Of a DNA stretch of 39,757 bases, positions 24,234-32,867 are shown in pieces (position 1 is the first letter of the stretch; each line of letters opens with the position of its first letter). The translations under genes and the position numbers were made by a program. The DNA is from a virus. The notes under the pieces are model-generated. The model saw only the letters and a list, made by a program, of their open reading frames with translations, made no database searches and was not told where the DNA came from. The stretch lies in IMG/VR virus record IMGVR_UViG_3300033551_000016; one strand, given 5' to 3'.

Positions 24234-24515
24234 ATGTACGACGAGACGAATGTTCCCGGTCCTGAGTTCCGGGTCCGCCCGGTTGTCCGTTACGTGGTGA
24301 CCCGGTTCTGCCATCCCTACATCGACCATTCGATCACAATACCCGACAACAATCCGGGGACCTATGTGCCTGGGGGGAGTGAGGTTCTGGCAGAAGTCCC
24401 CAGCGAGCAACGGGCCTTTGAGATCGCCGAGGCAATGAAAGCTGCTGAGGATAAGTGGCTAGGATCTTCTGAATCTATGGCGATTAGCGGCCGTCCCCCG
24501 CAGCCGCAGGGCTAG
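24234..24515 (+). CDS. Hypothetical protein (93 aa), last gene before the structured gap
   Basis: ORF with SD AGGAGATAGC upstream. Confidence 0.6.
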   Translation: MYDETNVPGPEFRVRPVVRYVVTRFCHPYIDHSITIPDNNPGTYVPGGSEVLAEVPSEQRAFEIAEAMKAAEDKWLGSSESMAISGRPPQPQG

Positions 24516-24946
24516 GAGTTTCCCCGCTCCGAATCCCGCCAGCCCCGAGCGCATCGGGGCGACTACCCAGGCGGCGGAACTGCCTAGTGTAGGGGCCGCG
24601 CCGGAGACGTAACCGGCGACTTAAAGTGGTGGCATTGGTGTTGGATCGGTATCTTTCGGTGACGGCCGCCCAGTCCAGCAGCCCCGTCAGGCAGCCAGTG
24701 TTACCACTTTAGGTCTTTGGACTAACGCATGCGGCTTGTCGGGCTGGAATAATTCGGCCCCGATCTCGCGAGGACAGGCCGCAGCCGTTAGTCTTTGGGA
24801 TGGAATGCGCAGGCTATGCGCTAACGAGGAGATGCTTGGGGCTACGGCTATGCCTCGCCTATAAGCCGACCTCCGCGACGTGAAGCGGTGGACGGACGGC
24901 AGAAAACCAAGATACAGGGTTAATCCCTGACCATCCCGCCTTTTGA
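24516..24946 (+). other. 431-nt non-coding, highly structured region between the early/middle genes and tRNA-Gln plus the late genes
   Basis: No credible ORF. Nested long-range helices: GACTTAAAGTGGT (24619-24631) with ACCACTTTAGGTC (24702-24714), and GACTAACGcaTGCGGC (24720-24735) with GCCGCAgcCGTTAGTC (24778-24793). Also the hairpin GCCCCGA-gcgca-TCGGGGC (24542-24560). Confidence 0.45.
24836..24865 (+). promoter_or_regulatory. Candidate promoter upstream of the tRNA and lysis genes
   Basis: TTGGGG (24836-24841), N18, TATAAG (24860-24865). Confidence 0.2.
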
Positions 24947-25020
24947 TGCCCCGTAGCTCAGTGGCAGAGCATCCGGCTTTGACCCGGATGACGCAGGTTC
25001 GATTCCTGACGGGGCTGCCA
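24947..25020 (+). tRNA. tRNA-Gln: tRNA-Gln (anticodon UUG) with encoded CCA
   Basis: Manual cloverleaf: acceptor TGCCCCG/CGGGGCT; D arm GCTC-AGTGGCA-GAGC; anticodon arm TCCGG-CTTTGAC-CCGGA (TTG at 24979-24981); variable loop TGAC; T arm GCAGG-TTCGATT-CCTGA; G73 then CCA. There are two mismatches, U1-U72 and G49-A65. Confidence 0.8.
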
Positions 25021-25061
25021 ACTCGTGGTAAAGTCCGCCCATACGCCCAAAGGCCCGCGCT

Positions 25062-25580
25062 ATGGCAGTCCTAATCTCGGCAGGACACAGTAACCAGGAT
25101 CCGGGAGCGGTCGCTAATGGCCGCCGCGAGGCCGAGATCGCCACGGACTTCCGGAACATCCTCGTCACCTGTCTGGCTGACTTAGGGATTCAGGCTGAGA
25201 CAGACGGGAAGGACAAGGATAATCTCCCGCTGCGTGAGGCGGTGAAGCTGGCGAAGGGCAAAGATATCGCTATCGAAATCCATCTCAACGCCGCCGCCAA
25301 CCCTACGGCATCCGGCGTCGAAACCCTGTCGGGCCCCGATGACATGCAGCTAGGCGCAAAATTGTGCGCCGCAGTATCCCAAGCCCTGAACATCAAGAAC
25401 CGGGGCGCCAAGCCTGAAAATGCGGGCCAGCATCACAGATTGGCCTTCGTGCAGGCTGGCGGGATCATCCTAGAGCTGTTTTTCATCACGAATCCTAACG
25501 ACCTAGCGGCTTACGATGGCCGTAAGTGGCCCCTAGGGCGGGCCGTGGGAAAGGTGATCGAGGATGCTTATCGTGCCTAG
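25062..25580 (+). CDS. Endolysin: N-acetylmuramoyl-L-alanine amidase (Amidase_3 type)
   Basis: ISAGHSNQDPGAV...GRREAEI...AIEIHLNAAANPTASGVETL...RGAKPE...LAF....ILELFFITNPND is the typical Amidase_3 layout. Confidence 0.8.
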   Translation: MAVLISAGHSNQDPGAVANGRREAEIATDFRNILVTCLADLGIQAETDGKDKDNLPLREAVKLAKGKDIAIEIHLNAAANPTASGVETLSGPDDMQLGAKLCAAVSQALNIKNRGAKPENAGQHHRLAFVQAGGIILELFFITNPNDLAAYDGRKWPLGRAVGKVIEDAYRA

Positions 25581-25806
25581 TTGGGTTCCAACCCTGATCG
25601 GGTCAGTTGCTCTCGCGCTGGCCTCCGGGCTTGTTGGCTGGATATGGGCGCTCTGGCGCGACCACCACGCCTTACGGGTCAAGATCGCCGAGGAATACCC
25701 CAAGAACACCGCCTTGAATGAGTTCAAGGAGGAGATTCGCCAGTTGCGTGATGTGGTGTATCGTATCGCCATGCGCCTAGAGGTTCCGGTGATTCGGAGG
25801 GATTGA
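25564..25806 (+). CDS. Membrane protein (1 TM plus a helical tail), candidate lysis accessory or holin-like
   Basis: TM helix TLIGSVALALASGLVGWIWAL. Overlaps the end of the endolysin gene. The start could instead be GTG 25573. Confidence 0.5.
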   Translation: MLIVPSWVPTLIGSVALALASGLVGWIWALWRDHHALRVKIAEEYPKNTALNEFKEEIRQLRDVVYRIAMRLEVPVIRRD

Positions 25807-25809
25807 GGC

Positions 25810-26118
25810 ATGGAAGAACAGGGGGATCGGCAGGCGCTCGCAAGGGCGCTTGAGAGGTTCAACAGTACGGCTGAAAAGTTGCTCCAGGCTACCAACAGCA
25901 ACACCGCGAAGATCGAAGTAAATGCAGGCGGGATCGGCGTATGGCTGGCTGCCACCTGCTGCATTGTCGTGATGGCTGTCGTCATCGTGGGATCGGTGTA
26001 CATTACCCGTGAGTTCACTCGGCAAGACGTTCAGATGCAGGAGCTTCGTGACAAGGATTCAGTCCATGACGCGTGGATCCAGACCTTGAACAACAACAAA
26101 CAGGACAAGAAACGATGA
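25810..26118 (+). CDS. Membrane protein (1 TM), lysis-cassette accessory
   Basis: TM helix GIGVWLAATCCIVVMAVVIVGSVYI. Confidence 0.55.
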   Translation: MEEQGDRQALARALERFNSTAEKLLQATNSNTAKIEVNAGGIGVWLAATCCIVVMAVVIVGSVYITREFTRQDVQMQELRDKDSVHDAWIQTLNNNKQDKKR

Positions 26119-26288
26119 GCGGTGGCGCGGTTGTAATCATCATTGGTGGCGGAACCCAGCAGAATCGGACCGCTGAGACCATGGAACAGGAGGGCGGGAA
26201 CCTGAAGATCCGGCTTACGCTGGAGGATGGCGAGACGCCCAGTCAGGCCCTGCGCCGCGCGGCTGACACGCTGGACGGAAGTGCTTGA
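26115..26288 (+). CDS. Hypothetical small protein (57 aa)
   Basis: ATG 26115 in an ATGA overlap. Confidence 0.45.
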   Translation: MSGGAVVIIIGGGTQQNRTAETMEQEGGNLKIRLTLEDGETPSQALRRAADTLDGSA

Positions 26289-26329
26289 CGCCCTGATCCA
26301 CTGGATATGCCTAAAGCTGGGGATAGCCC

Positions 26330-26461
26330 ATGATTGAGTTCGCGCTAGGCTTCGTGACTGCTTCGGTGGTCTTCGTGTTCTTCCCGGACCTTGCGGTGAT
26401 CCCTGCCGGCCTGCTGCGTAGGGCTTGGGAGGCCATCAAGCGCCGGAGCCCGAAGGAATGA
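26330..26461 (+). CDS. Candidate 43-aa membrane peptide
   Basis: Translation MIEFALGFVTASVVFVFFPDLAVIPAGLLRRAWEAIKRRSPKE. The stop lies in an ATGA overlap with the next gene. Confidence 0.4.
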   Translation: MIEFALGFVTASVVFVFFPDLAVIPAGLLRRAWEAIKRRSPKE

Positions 26462-26886
26462 GCGCCGCCGCCAAGAGTGCAGCTTGGGGAACGGTGACCG
26501 CCCTGGTTGTACTGGTGGCGGCAAATGGGGTGGCGTTCTTCGATAGCCTGCGTGCGGGCTGGGTGTTCGTCACCGAAATCACCTCCAAGATGCCCTTGGG
26601 ACTTGGGTCGTTCCTACTGGCTTGGCTGCTCGGAGCATGTCTCATGGGGTTCTTGAGGCGCTGGATCCCTGAGCCATCGCGGCGGGACTACATGCACTGG
26701 CGGATGTTCTTCATTGAGATATCCTCCGCTGCGGCAGCCTTCCTTGCGTGCTGGCTTCAGACGAGGACCTTGCTAGGCATGATCCTTGGACTGACGGCCG
26801 GCCTGTCCATTTCCATGATCTACCGGGTTCTGGCGGCTATTGGCTCGGCGGCTGTCCGTAAGCTCTACGCTCAGCCGGATACCTGA
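26458..26886 (+). CDS. Putative holin (about 4 TM, 142 aa) immediately upstream of the spanins
   Basis: Four hydrophobic segments. The position between endolysin and Rz is the canonical holin slot. Confidence 0.5.
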   Translation: MSAAAKSAAWGTVTALVVLVAANGVAFFDSLRAGWVFVTEITSKMPLGLGSFLLAWLLGACLMGFLRRWIPEPSRRDYMHWRMFFIEISSAAAAFLACWLQTRTLLGMILGLTAGLSISMIYRVLAAIGSAAVRKLYAQPDT

Positions 26887-27371
26887 TGCTTTCGCTCGCA
26901 GCCATAGGCGCGGCTTTAAGGCGTATCCCGGGATGGGCCTACGTCCTTTTTATCCTTGTGGCGGCTGGTCTGTACTACGGCCATACTCGCTACAATGCCG
27001 GACAGGCCGACGTGCAGGCCAAGTGGGATGAGTCGGTAGCCGAAGCCGAGAAGGTCCGTCTAGCGACAGAGCAAGCATGGAACAAGGCTGTATGGGATCT
27101 AGCCTACGCCGCAGAACTAAAGAGGGCTGAGCGTGAACAAGAGACTGAGCGCACTATTGCTGATTTGCGTAGCGGCACTGTCCGCCTGCGCGACCGGTTC
27201 ACCTGTCCCGCCGCCAAGGCCTCCGGAGCTGCCGCCAAACCTGTCCCCGAAGAATCCGGACTTCGGATCGAGGATGCGGAATTTCTTGTTCGTTTCGCCG
27301 ACGAAGCCGACGCAATCGCCGACGAACGCAACCAGTGCATCGCTAGCTATAACGCCCTGAGGGCTAAGTGA
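26886..27371 (+). CDS. Rz: i-spanin (Rz-like)
   Basis: N-terminal TM helix WAYVLFILVAAGLYY, a periplasmic coiled coil, and the Rz-typical DLRSGTVRLRDRF. Confidence 0.8.
   Translation: MLSLAAIGAALRRIPGWAYVLFILVAAGLYYGHTRYNAGQADVQAKWDESVAEAEKVRLATEQAWNKAVWDLAYAAELKRAEREQETERTIADLRSGTVRLRDRFTCPAAKASGAAAKPVPEESGLRIEDAEFLVRFADEADAIADERNQCIASYNALRAK
27133..27360 (+). CDS. Rz1: o-spanin (Rz1-like lipoprotein) embedded in the +1 frame of Rz
   Basis: GTG start. Lipobox LSAC in MNKRLSALLLICVAALSAC, with a proline-rich mature part PVPPPRPPELPPNLSP. Lies wholly inside Rz. Confidence 0.75.
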   Translation: MNKRLSALLLICVAALSACATGSPVPPPRPPELPPNLSPKNPDFGSRMRNFLFVSPTKPTQSPTNATSASLAITP

Positions 27372-27469
27372 TGGAAGACGAGATCGTATTCACGTTTGAG
27401 GACGACGACGGCGAGGAGTACGATGTTGACTTCACGCCAGATCCCGAACTGACGGAAACCGTCCATTAG
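27371..27469 (+). CDS. Candidate 32-aa acidic peptide
   Basis: Translation MEDEIVFTFEDDDGEEYDVDFTPDPELTETVH. The ATG shares a base with the Rz TGA. Confidence 0.25.
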   Translation: MEDEIVFTFEDDDGEEYDVDFTPDPELTETVH

Positions 27470-27476
27470 GACCGCT

Positions 27477-27869
27477 ATGAGCCGCTTATTCAAAGGCTAC
27501 TGCACCGAATACCTGAGCGCCTCCCAGGTTCAGCAGGTCCGAGTGCGCAGGTATCAGACCCGAACCCTGACCGTGGACTTCAACGGGGCCATCCCGAAAG
27601 ACGAGGTTATCGAGTCGGTCCGCTGGGATTGCACCAGTCCATGGGCGACCTACATCTATGATGCGGCTGTCAGTGCGGACCAGAAGTCCTCAACCTTGAA
27701 GGTGGACTTCAACTTTGCTGGCTGGGGCGGCATCAAGGCCACGGCAACGACGGATGAAGGAACCATCTTGAATTACGAATTCTTCATTACAGTCAAGGAC
27801 GCGCCCCTGTACCCGCAGGCTACCTACAATTTGGCAAACGGGCCTTATTTTGTGGTCGTGTCCGCATGA
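27477..27869 (+). CDS. Hypothetical protein (130 aa), likely beta-rich
   Basis: ORF with normal composition. Confidence 0.6.
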   Translation: MSRLFKGYCTEYLSASQVQQVRVRRYQTRTLTVDFNGAIPKDEVIESVRWDCTSPWATYIYDAAVSADQKSSTLKVDFNFAGWGGIKATATTDEGTILNYEFFITVKDAPLYPQATYNLANGPYFVVVSA

Positions 27870-28201
27870 GTTGGGATAAGCGCCAACTAGCGGCTGTCGG
27901 CCTCATCCGGGCAGAAGTTCCAGATGCTCGGATATCGTTCTTCGGTGGCGGCGGCAACTGGACTTACGAAGGGGATGGCCCTAGCGTCATGGCAATTGAT
28001 TACACCGATCAGCACCTAGGAGCCCCAGGCTACCTTCATGGGATCCATTGTACAGGGAAGGGATTCGACTGCTGGTTATCGGATGACGATCTGCCAGCTC
28101 CCCCGGTTTTGCCAGACAGCCAGATGCGCAAGAGTATCTATTTCTGCGCAGGTGTTGACCTGAACATCCAGATGGATCGGGAGGCTAGGGGATGGATCTG
28201 A
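27866..28201 (+). CDS. Hypothetical protein (111 aa)
   Basis: ATGA overlap with the upstream gene. Confidence 0.6.
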   Translation: MSWDKRQLAAVGLIRAEVPDARISFFGGGGNWTYEGDGPSVMAIDYTDQHLGAPGYLHGIHCTGKGFDCWLSDDDLPAPPVLPDSQMRKSIYFCAGVDLNIQMDREARGWI

Positions 28202-28368
28202 TCGCCTACCTAGAGGCAAAGCTAGTTGAGAACGACTTCGACGGCACAAGCGTCCTTTACATACCGTGTGGTATGGAAGGAACGACAACCCTGTCTGACG
28301 CCCTGATCGCCGCTTACGTGAGGCAGTACGTCCTTCAGGCGCAGGCTTCGCAGAACAGTATTCATTGA
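28192..28368 (+). CDS. Candidate 58-aa protein
   Basis: Translation MDLIAYLEAKLVENDFDGTSVLYIPCGMEGTTTLSDALIAAYVRQYVLQAQASQNSIH. Fills the gap before terS. Confidence 0.4.
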   Translation: MDLIAYLEAKLVENDFDGTSVLYIPCGMEGTTTLSDALIAAYVRQYVLQAQASQNSIH

Positions 28369-28389
28369 TCGTGGAACAACTCGTGGAAC

Positions 28390-28701
28390 ATGACGGATTC
28401 CGTTAATCAAACTGAGCCGAAACAATGGAAGGTCGGCGACGGCACGCCTGGTCCTGGCCGGCCTAAAGGTTCGACCAACAGGGCGACTGAGCGCACGCGC
28501 AAGGCTATCGCGATGATTGCCGAGGATATGGCTGACGATTTCAGGGAATGGGTTCAGAAGACCGCCGTGACTGATCCTAAGGGGGCGGCAGATTTGTACC
28601 TGAAGGCTATCGAATACCACATCCCCAAGCTTGCTCGCACTGAGAGCCACCATTCGGTGACGGAAGAGACGCATGAGCAGTGGCTTGCCCGTCTCCGTTG
28701 A
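28390..28701 (+). CDS. terS: Putative terminase small subunit
   Basis: Lies directly upstream of and overlapping terL. N-terminal GPGRPKGSTN basic DNA-binding-like motif. Confidence 0.55.
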   Translation: MTDSVNQTEPKQWKVGDGTPGPGRPKGSTNRATERTRKAIAMIAEDMADDFREWVQKTAVTDPKGAADLYLKAIEYHIPKLARTESHHSVTEETHEQWLARLR

Positions 28702-30253
28702 TGACCAGCGATTGCGGCTAAGGGACGAACTCCCTTTCTTCGCCCGTAACTGCCTGAAGATACGGACTAAGTCCGGCAAGGTAGAGGCGTTCAGTCTCAA
28801 CAAGGCGCAGGAATACATCCACTCAAAGCTTGAAGAACAGCGTGCCCGAACTGGGCGCGTTCGTGCCCTTCTCCTGAAGGGTCGTCAGCAGGGGTGTTCA
28901 ACCTACGTCGGTGGCCGGTTCTACCATCGCACGTCCTGGTCTACGGGCCTGCGCACCTTCATCCTGACTCACGAGGATGCGGCCACTCAAAACCTGTTTG
29001 AGATGGTCAACCGGTACCACGAGCATGTACCGATCTATGTCCGCCCATCTACCGGGGCAGCGAATGCCAAGGAACTTTTTTTTGACAAGCTGGACAGCGG
29101 CTACAAGGTCGGTACTGCCGGCACCAAGGGTGTAGGCCGGTCCAGCACGGTCCAGTTATTCCATGGGTCAGAGGTGGCTTTCTGGCCTCATGCCGAGACC
29201 CATGCGGCCGGCATCTTGCAGGCTGTGCCGGATGAGGAAGGGACAGAGGTTATTCTTGAGACGACCGCAAACGGGATCGGCAACCTGTTCCATCAAATGT
29301 GGGGTGATGCTGAGGCTGGGCAAAGCGAATACATCGCCATCTTTGTCCCCTGGCATTGGCAGGACGAATACCGAAAGCCGGTGCCGGAAGACTTTGTGAT
29401 GACCGACGAGGAGGCGGAATATCGTCGGCTCTACGATCTGGATGACGAGCAAATTGTCTGGCGACGTTACAAGATTGCCGAACTGAAAGACCCACTGCTG
29501 TTCAAGCAGGAATATCCGGCCACGGCAGCCGAAGCGTTCCAGATGACCGGGCATGACTCTTTCATCAAGCCCGAACTAGTCGCCAAGGCCAGGAAGGGAG
29601 AGGCGGCCGAATCAGGTCCGCTGGTGATCGGCTTTGACCCTGCACGCTTTGGCGATGACGGATCGGCCATGGCTCGCCGTAGGGGCCGCCGGCTTATTAA
29701 GGTTGAGCGCCGATACAAGCAGGATACGATGGAGTCTGCTGGCTGGATAAAGCAGGTAATTGACACAGAGAAGCCGGCCAAGGTCTTCATTGACGTGGGC
29801 GGGTTGGGTGCCGGTGTCTACGACCGCCTTGTAGAAATGGGTTACGGGCATATCGTCGTGGCTGTCAACTTTGGGTCGGCCCCGCTAGAGCCCCCGAAGC
29901 TGGACGAGCATGGCCGAGAACTTGGGGGCGGCCCACTGAACCGCCGCGCCGAAATGTGGATGGCCTCGCGTGACTGGCTGCAAGACGTTGCTGGCGTCCA
30001 GATCCCTGACGAGGATGGCTTGCAGGCTGACGCCTGCGGGCCTGCCTACAAGTACGACTCCAATTCCCGCGTGCAGTTGGAGAAAAAGGAAGACATGCGC
30101 AAACGTGGCGTCCGTAGTCCTGACGGCTGGGATTCTGTAGCATTGACCTTTGCTGAGCCTGTCGCTGTCGTGTGGGAAGCGCCAAAGCTGAACATTACCA
30201 CCCAATTCTCCAATGACGGTTTCGGCCGTCGCGCATCGGTCCTAGAGGGCTGA
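28673..30253 (+). CDS. terL: Terminase large subunit
   Basis: 526 aa. ATPase-like LLKGRQQGCSTY (Walker A-like) and STVQLFHGSEVAFW, a C-terminal nuclease-like half, positioned before the portal gene. Confidence 0.8.
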   Translation: MSSGLPVSVDDQRLRLRDELPFFARNCLKIRTKSGKVEAFSLNKAQEYIHSKLEEQRARTGRVRALLLKGRQQGCSTYVGGRFYHRTSWSTGLRTFILTHEDAATQNLFEMVNRYHEHVPIYVRPSTGAANAKELFFDKLDSGYKVGTAGTKGVGRSSTVQLFHGSEVAFWPHAETHAAGILQAVPDEEGTEVILETTANGIGNLFHQMWGDAEAGQSEYIAIFVPWHWQDEYRKPVPEDFVMTDEEAEYRRLYDLDDEQIVWRRYKIAELKDPLLFKQEYPATAAEAFQMTGHDSFIKPELVAKARKGEAAESGPLVIGFDPARFGDDGSAMARRRGRRLIKVERRYKQDTMESAGWIKQVIDTEKPAKVFIDVGGLGAGVYDRLVEMGYGHIVVAVNFGSAPLEPPKLDEHGRELGGGPLNRRAEMWMASRDWLQDVAGVQIPDEDGLQADACGPAYKYDSNSRVQLEKKEDMRKRGVRSPDGWDSVALTFAEPVAVVWEAPKLNITTQFSNDGFGRRASVLEG

Positions 30254-30254
30254 A

Positions 30255-30410
30255 ATGGAACCCATCACAAGCTATGCACACGACTGGCGAGGCAACCACT
30301 CGCTGACGTGCATCCGTTGCGGGGCGAAGACCGATATCGGTCAATGGTCAGTTAAGCCGTGCGCTAAGCACTACGAAGACCCCCGTAGCGGGTATAAGGA
30401 CGAATCCTGA
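30255..30410 (+). CDS. Candidate 51-aa zinc-ribbon-like protein between terL and the portal gene
   Basis: Translation MEPITSYAHDWRGNHSLTCIRCGAKTDIGQWSVKPCAKHYEDPRSGYKDES. The stop shares a base with the portal ATG. Confidence 0.4.
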   Translation: MEPITSYAHDWRGNHSLTCIRCGAKTDIGQWSVKPCAKHYEDPRSGYKDES

Positions 30411-32515
30411 TGGCGACCCGGAAACGCACCAAGAAGACCGAGCAGGGCAGCTTGCAGACCTATACGTCTGAGGTTGTCCCATCGTCGGCATCAAAGTCGG
30501 ACTCGCGTAGCCCGTGGATGCTGTCCATGCTCCAGCGGTCTCAGGACACGTTCACCTTTGACACGGAGCAGCGCCGTCGATGCCTGGAGGACATGAAGTT
30601 CGCCTTTGTGGCTGGGCACCAGTGGGACCGTCACTTGGCCGGCAAGCGCCGGAACAAGCCCAACTACGAGTTCAACCGTATCCGCCAGTTGATCCGCCGG
30701 GTCACGGGCCAGCAGTTGAAGAACAAGCCTCAGATCAAGGTCCGCGCCGTCGAGGAAAACGACGTTGATACGGCTGAAATTTATAACGGCCTGATAAAGA
30801 ACATCGAGGTACAGTCATCGGCTGAGAATGCCTATGACACGGCATTCCAATGGGCTTGTGGTGGCGGGTACGGTGTTCTGAGGGTCACGGCTGAGTACGA
30901 GTCTGACAACTCATTCGATCAGTGCTTGAAGATCGTCAACGTCATGGACCCGCTTACGGTCTGGTTTGACCCTGCGGCTCGGAAGTTCGACCGTTCGGAC
31001 GCCCGTTTCGTCTTCGTTACTGAACTGATCACCAAGGAGCAGTTCAAAGAGCGGTGGCCTGACGCGGAAATGGTGGATTTCGACATCCCATCGTCCTTGG
31101 ACTCCTTCGATAAGGAGTGGTTCTACAAGGACATGGTGCGAATCGCCGAGTATTGGTACATCGAGAAGGAGCCGGTGACGCTCTACCTGCTGTCCGATGG
31201 TGCGACAGTAGAAAAGGAGGAATGGGACCCGGTTCGTGACGAATGGGAGAATCCGCCCGTTGACCCGGCTACCGGCCAGCCCGCATACCAGCCAATCACG
31301 GTCAAGCAGGAGCGCGAGTCCACAAAGTCAGTGGTCTATTCGTGCCTGGTGTCTGGCCGTGGCCAGTTGGAGAGGCCCACCAAGTGGGCCGGAACCATGA
31401 TCCCGATTGTCCCGCAGTGGGGCGACCTGATCAGCATCAACGGCGAGCAGATTTACTCGGGCATGACCCGGTTCGGCCGCGACGCGCAGACGGTGCACAA
31501 CTTTGAATTCTCCACCATGGTTGAGGTGGTCGCCAAGCTGCCAAACAGCCCGCTGACCGCTACTCCAGCCATGATCAAAGGTCTGGAGAGCTATTACGAG
31601 CGCATGGGGTTTGACGACGCCCCGGTCCTGCTGTTCAACGTGGACCCGAACTCTCCCCAGGCTCGCCCGACCCGTGAGCCTCCCCCGATGCTGCCTGCTG
31701 CCTTGGCAAGCCTGTCGGCTATCGCAACGGACGAGTTGAAGGCCAACCTGAGCGTGTACGACGCCTCCATTGGCGCACAGGGCAACGAGTCCTCTGGCCG
31801 CGCGATCCTTGCCCGTCAGAACGAGGGCGAGATTGCGAACTTCAACTACATCGATAACCAGATCAAGGCCCTGAAGCGACTTGGCGAGATCCTGGTTGAC
31901 GCCATCCCGCATATCTACGACGGCGAGCGGGCCATGCGGATTCTAGGCGAGGACAACGCCGAGAAGTACGTGGAGATCAACAAACCGATGCTTAATCAGC
32001 AGACAGGCCAAGTGGTGATCCAGCACGACCTGACGCGAGGCAAGTACGACGTGACGGTCACGGTAGGCAAGAACTTCGACACCGCCAGGATGGAGTTGGC
32101 AGAGGCTGCGCAGGCATTGGCAGGACAGCCGGGACCGTTCGGGGCACTGGGCCAGTTCATGCTCCTGAAGTCCCTCGACCTTCCCGGCATGGACGAGTAC
32201 GTAAAGGCTGCCCGCAAGGTCCTAGTGTCTCAGGGCCTGCTGGAACCCAGCGATGGCGACCAGCCGCCGCAACCGCCTCCGCCAGACCCACTGATGATGA
32301 CCAAGGCCGAGTTGCAGAAGGCCCAAGCCGACAAGGCCAAGGCCGAGACGGCGCAGATCATGGCCGAGACGCCATCCAACATCGAGAAGACGCAGGCGGA
32401 CACGAATCGTGCGCAGGCTGACGCGCTCAGGGCTGCGGCTCAGGCGGGGAACTCGGTTGGTCAGTTTGAGCTTCCGTCGGGGTTTGCTGGGCCTTATCAG
32501 GGTGGGGCGCAGTGA
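30410..32515 (+). CDS. Portal protein (P22-like)
   Basis: 701 aa. N-terminal DMKFAFVAGHQWD...KRRNKPNYEFNRIRQLIRRVTGQQLKNKPQIKVRAVE is typical of P22-type portals. Follows terL. Confidence 0.85.
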   Translation: MATRKRTKKTEQGSLQTYTSEVVPSSASKSDSRSPWMLSMLQRSQDTFTFDTEQRRRCLEDMKFAFVAGHQWDRHLAGKRRNKPNYEFNRIRQLIRRVTGQQLKNKPQIKVRAVEENDVDTAEIYNGLIKNIEVQSSAENAYDTAFQWACGGGYGVLRVTAEYESDNSFDQCLKIVNVMDPLTVWFDPAARKFDRSDARFVFVTELITKEQFKERWPDAEMVDFDIPSSLDSFDKEWFYKDMVRIAEYWYIEKEPVTLYLLSDGATVEKEEWDPVRDEWENPPVDPATGQPAYQPITVKQERESTKSVVYSCLVSGRGQLERPTKWAGTMIPIVPQWGDLISINGEQIYSGMTRFGRDAQTVHNFEFSTMVEVVAKLPNSPLTATPAMIKGLESYYERMGFDDAPVLLFNVDPNSPQARPTREPPPMLPAALASLSAIATDELKANLSVYDASIGAQGNESSGRAILARQNEGEIANFNYIDNQIKALKRLGEILVDAIPHIYDGERAMRILGEDNAEKYVEINKPMLNQQTGQVVIQHDLTRGKYDVTVTVGKNFDTARMELAEAAQALAGQPGPFGALGQFMLLKSLDLPGMDEYVKAARKVLVSQGLLEPSDGDQPPQPPPPDPLMMTKAELQKAQADKAKAETAQIMAETPSNIEKTQADTNRAQADALRAAAQAGNSVGQFELPSGFAGPYQGGAQ

Positions 32516-32831
32516 GTCCGTCCTCGCAGTCCCGATGGCCTTTTACCCAGCCAGCGCAGAACGCTTTTACTTGCCGAGCTTTGTAACTACTGAGTTCTTC
32601 GTAGTCGGTCCCAGCTTTCCACCATGAGGTTTTAACTTCAGACACCGGGAATGACGACATGAGGTTGAACGTCTTGAAAGTCCCACATTCAACGCCGGGG
32701 AACTGGTCGCGAATGGCTTGTTCTAGGCGCTCAAAGTAAGGAGTTGGCTGGACTCTGTGGCCCATCGCCATCGAACGCATGATTGGGGTCAAGTCAGCAA
32801 AGAATGATGATGGGGTGATTTGTTCGGACAT
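32427..32831 (-). CDS. Hypothetical protein on the opposite strand, inside the morphogenesis module
   Basis: ATG 32831 with GGAGG 5 nt upstream. The last ~30 codons run antisense to the portal 3' end. Confidence 0.6.
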   Translation of the reverse strand: MSEQITPSSFFADLTPIMRSMAMGHRVQPTPYFERLEQAIRDQFPGVECGTFKTFNLMSSFPVSEVKTSWWKAGTDYEELSSYKARQVKAFCAGWVKGHRDCEDGLTAPHPDKAQQTPTEAQTDQPSSPPEPQP

Positions 32832-32867
32832 AAATCCTCCTGTTTCCCTGTAGTACGCAGTAACCGG

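Noticed and set aside
24830-24866. 10-codon ORF (MLGATAMPRL) after GAGGAG in the structured leader
   Set aside because: The SD abuts the ATG with no spacer and the peptide is tiny. This is more likely a chance occurrence inside a structured RNA.
24947-25020. tRNA as an attP / integration-site remnant
   Set aside because: The tRNA is full length with all four arms and CCA, and no integrase or excisionase gene exists anywhere in the genome.
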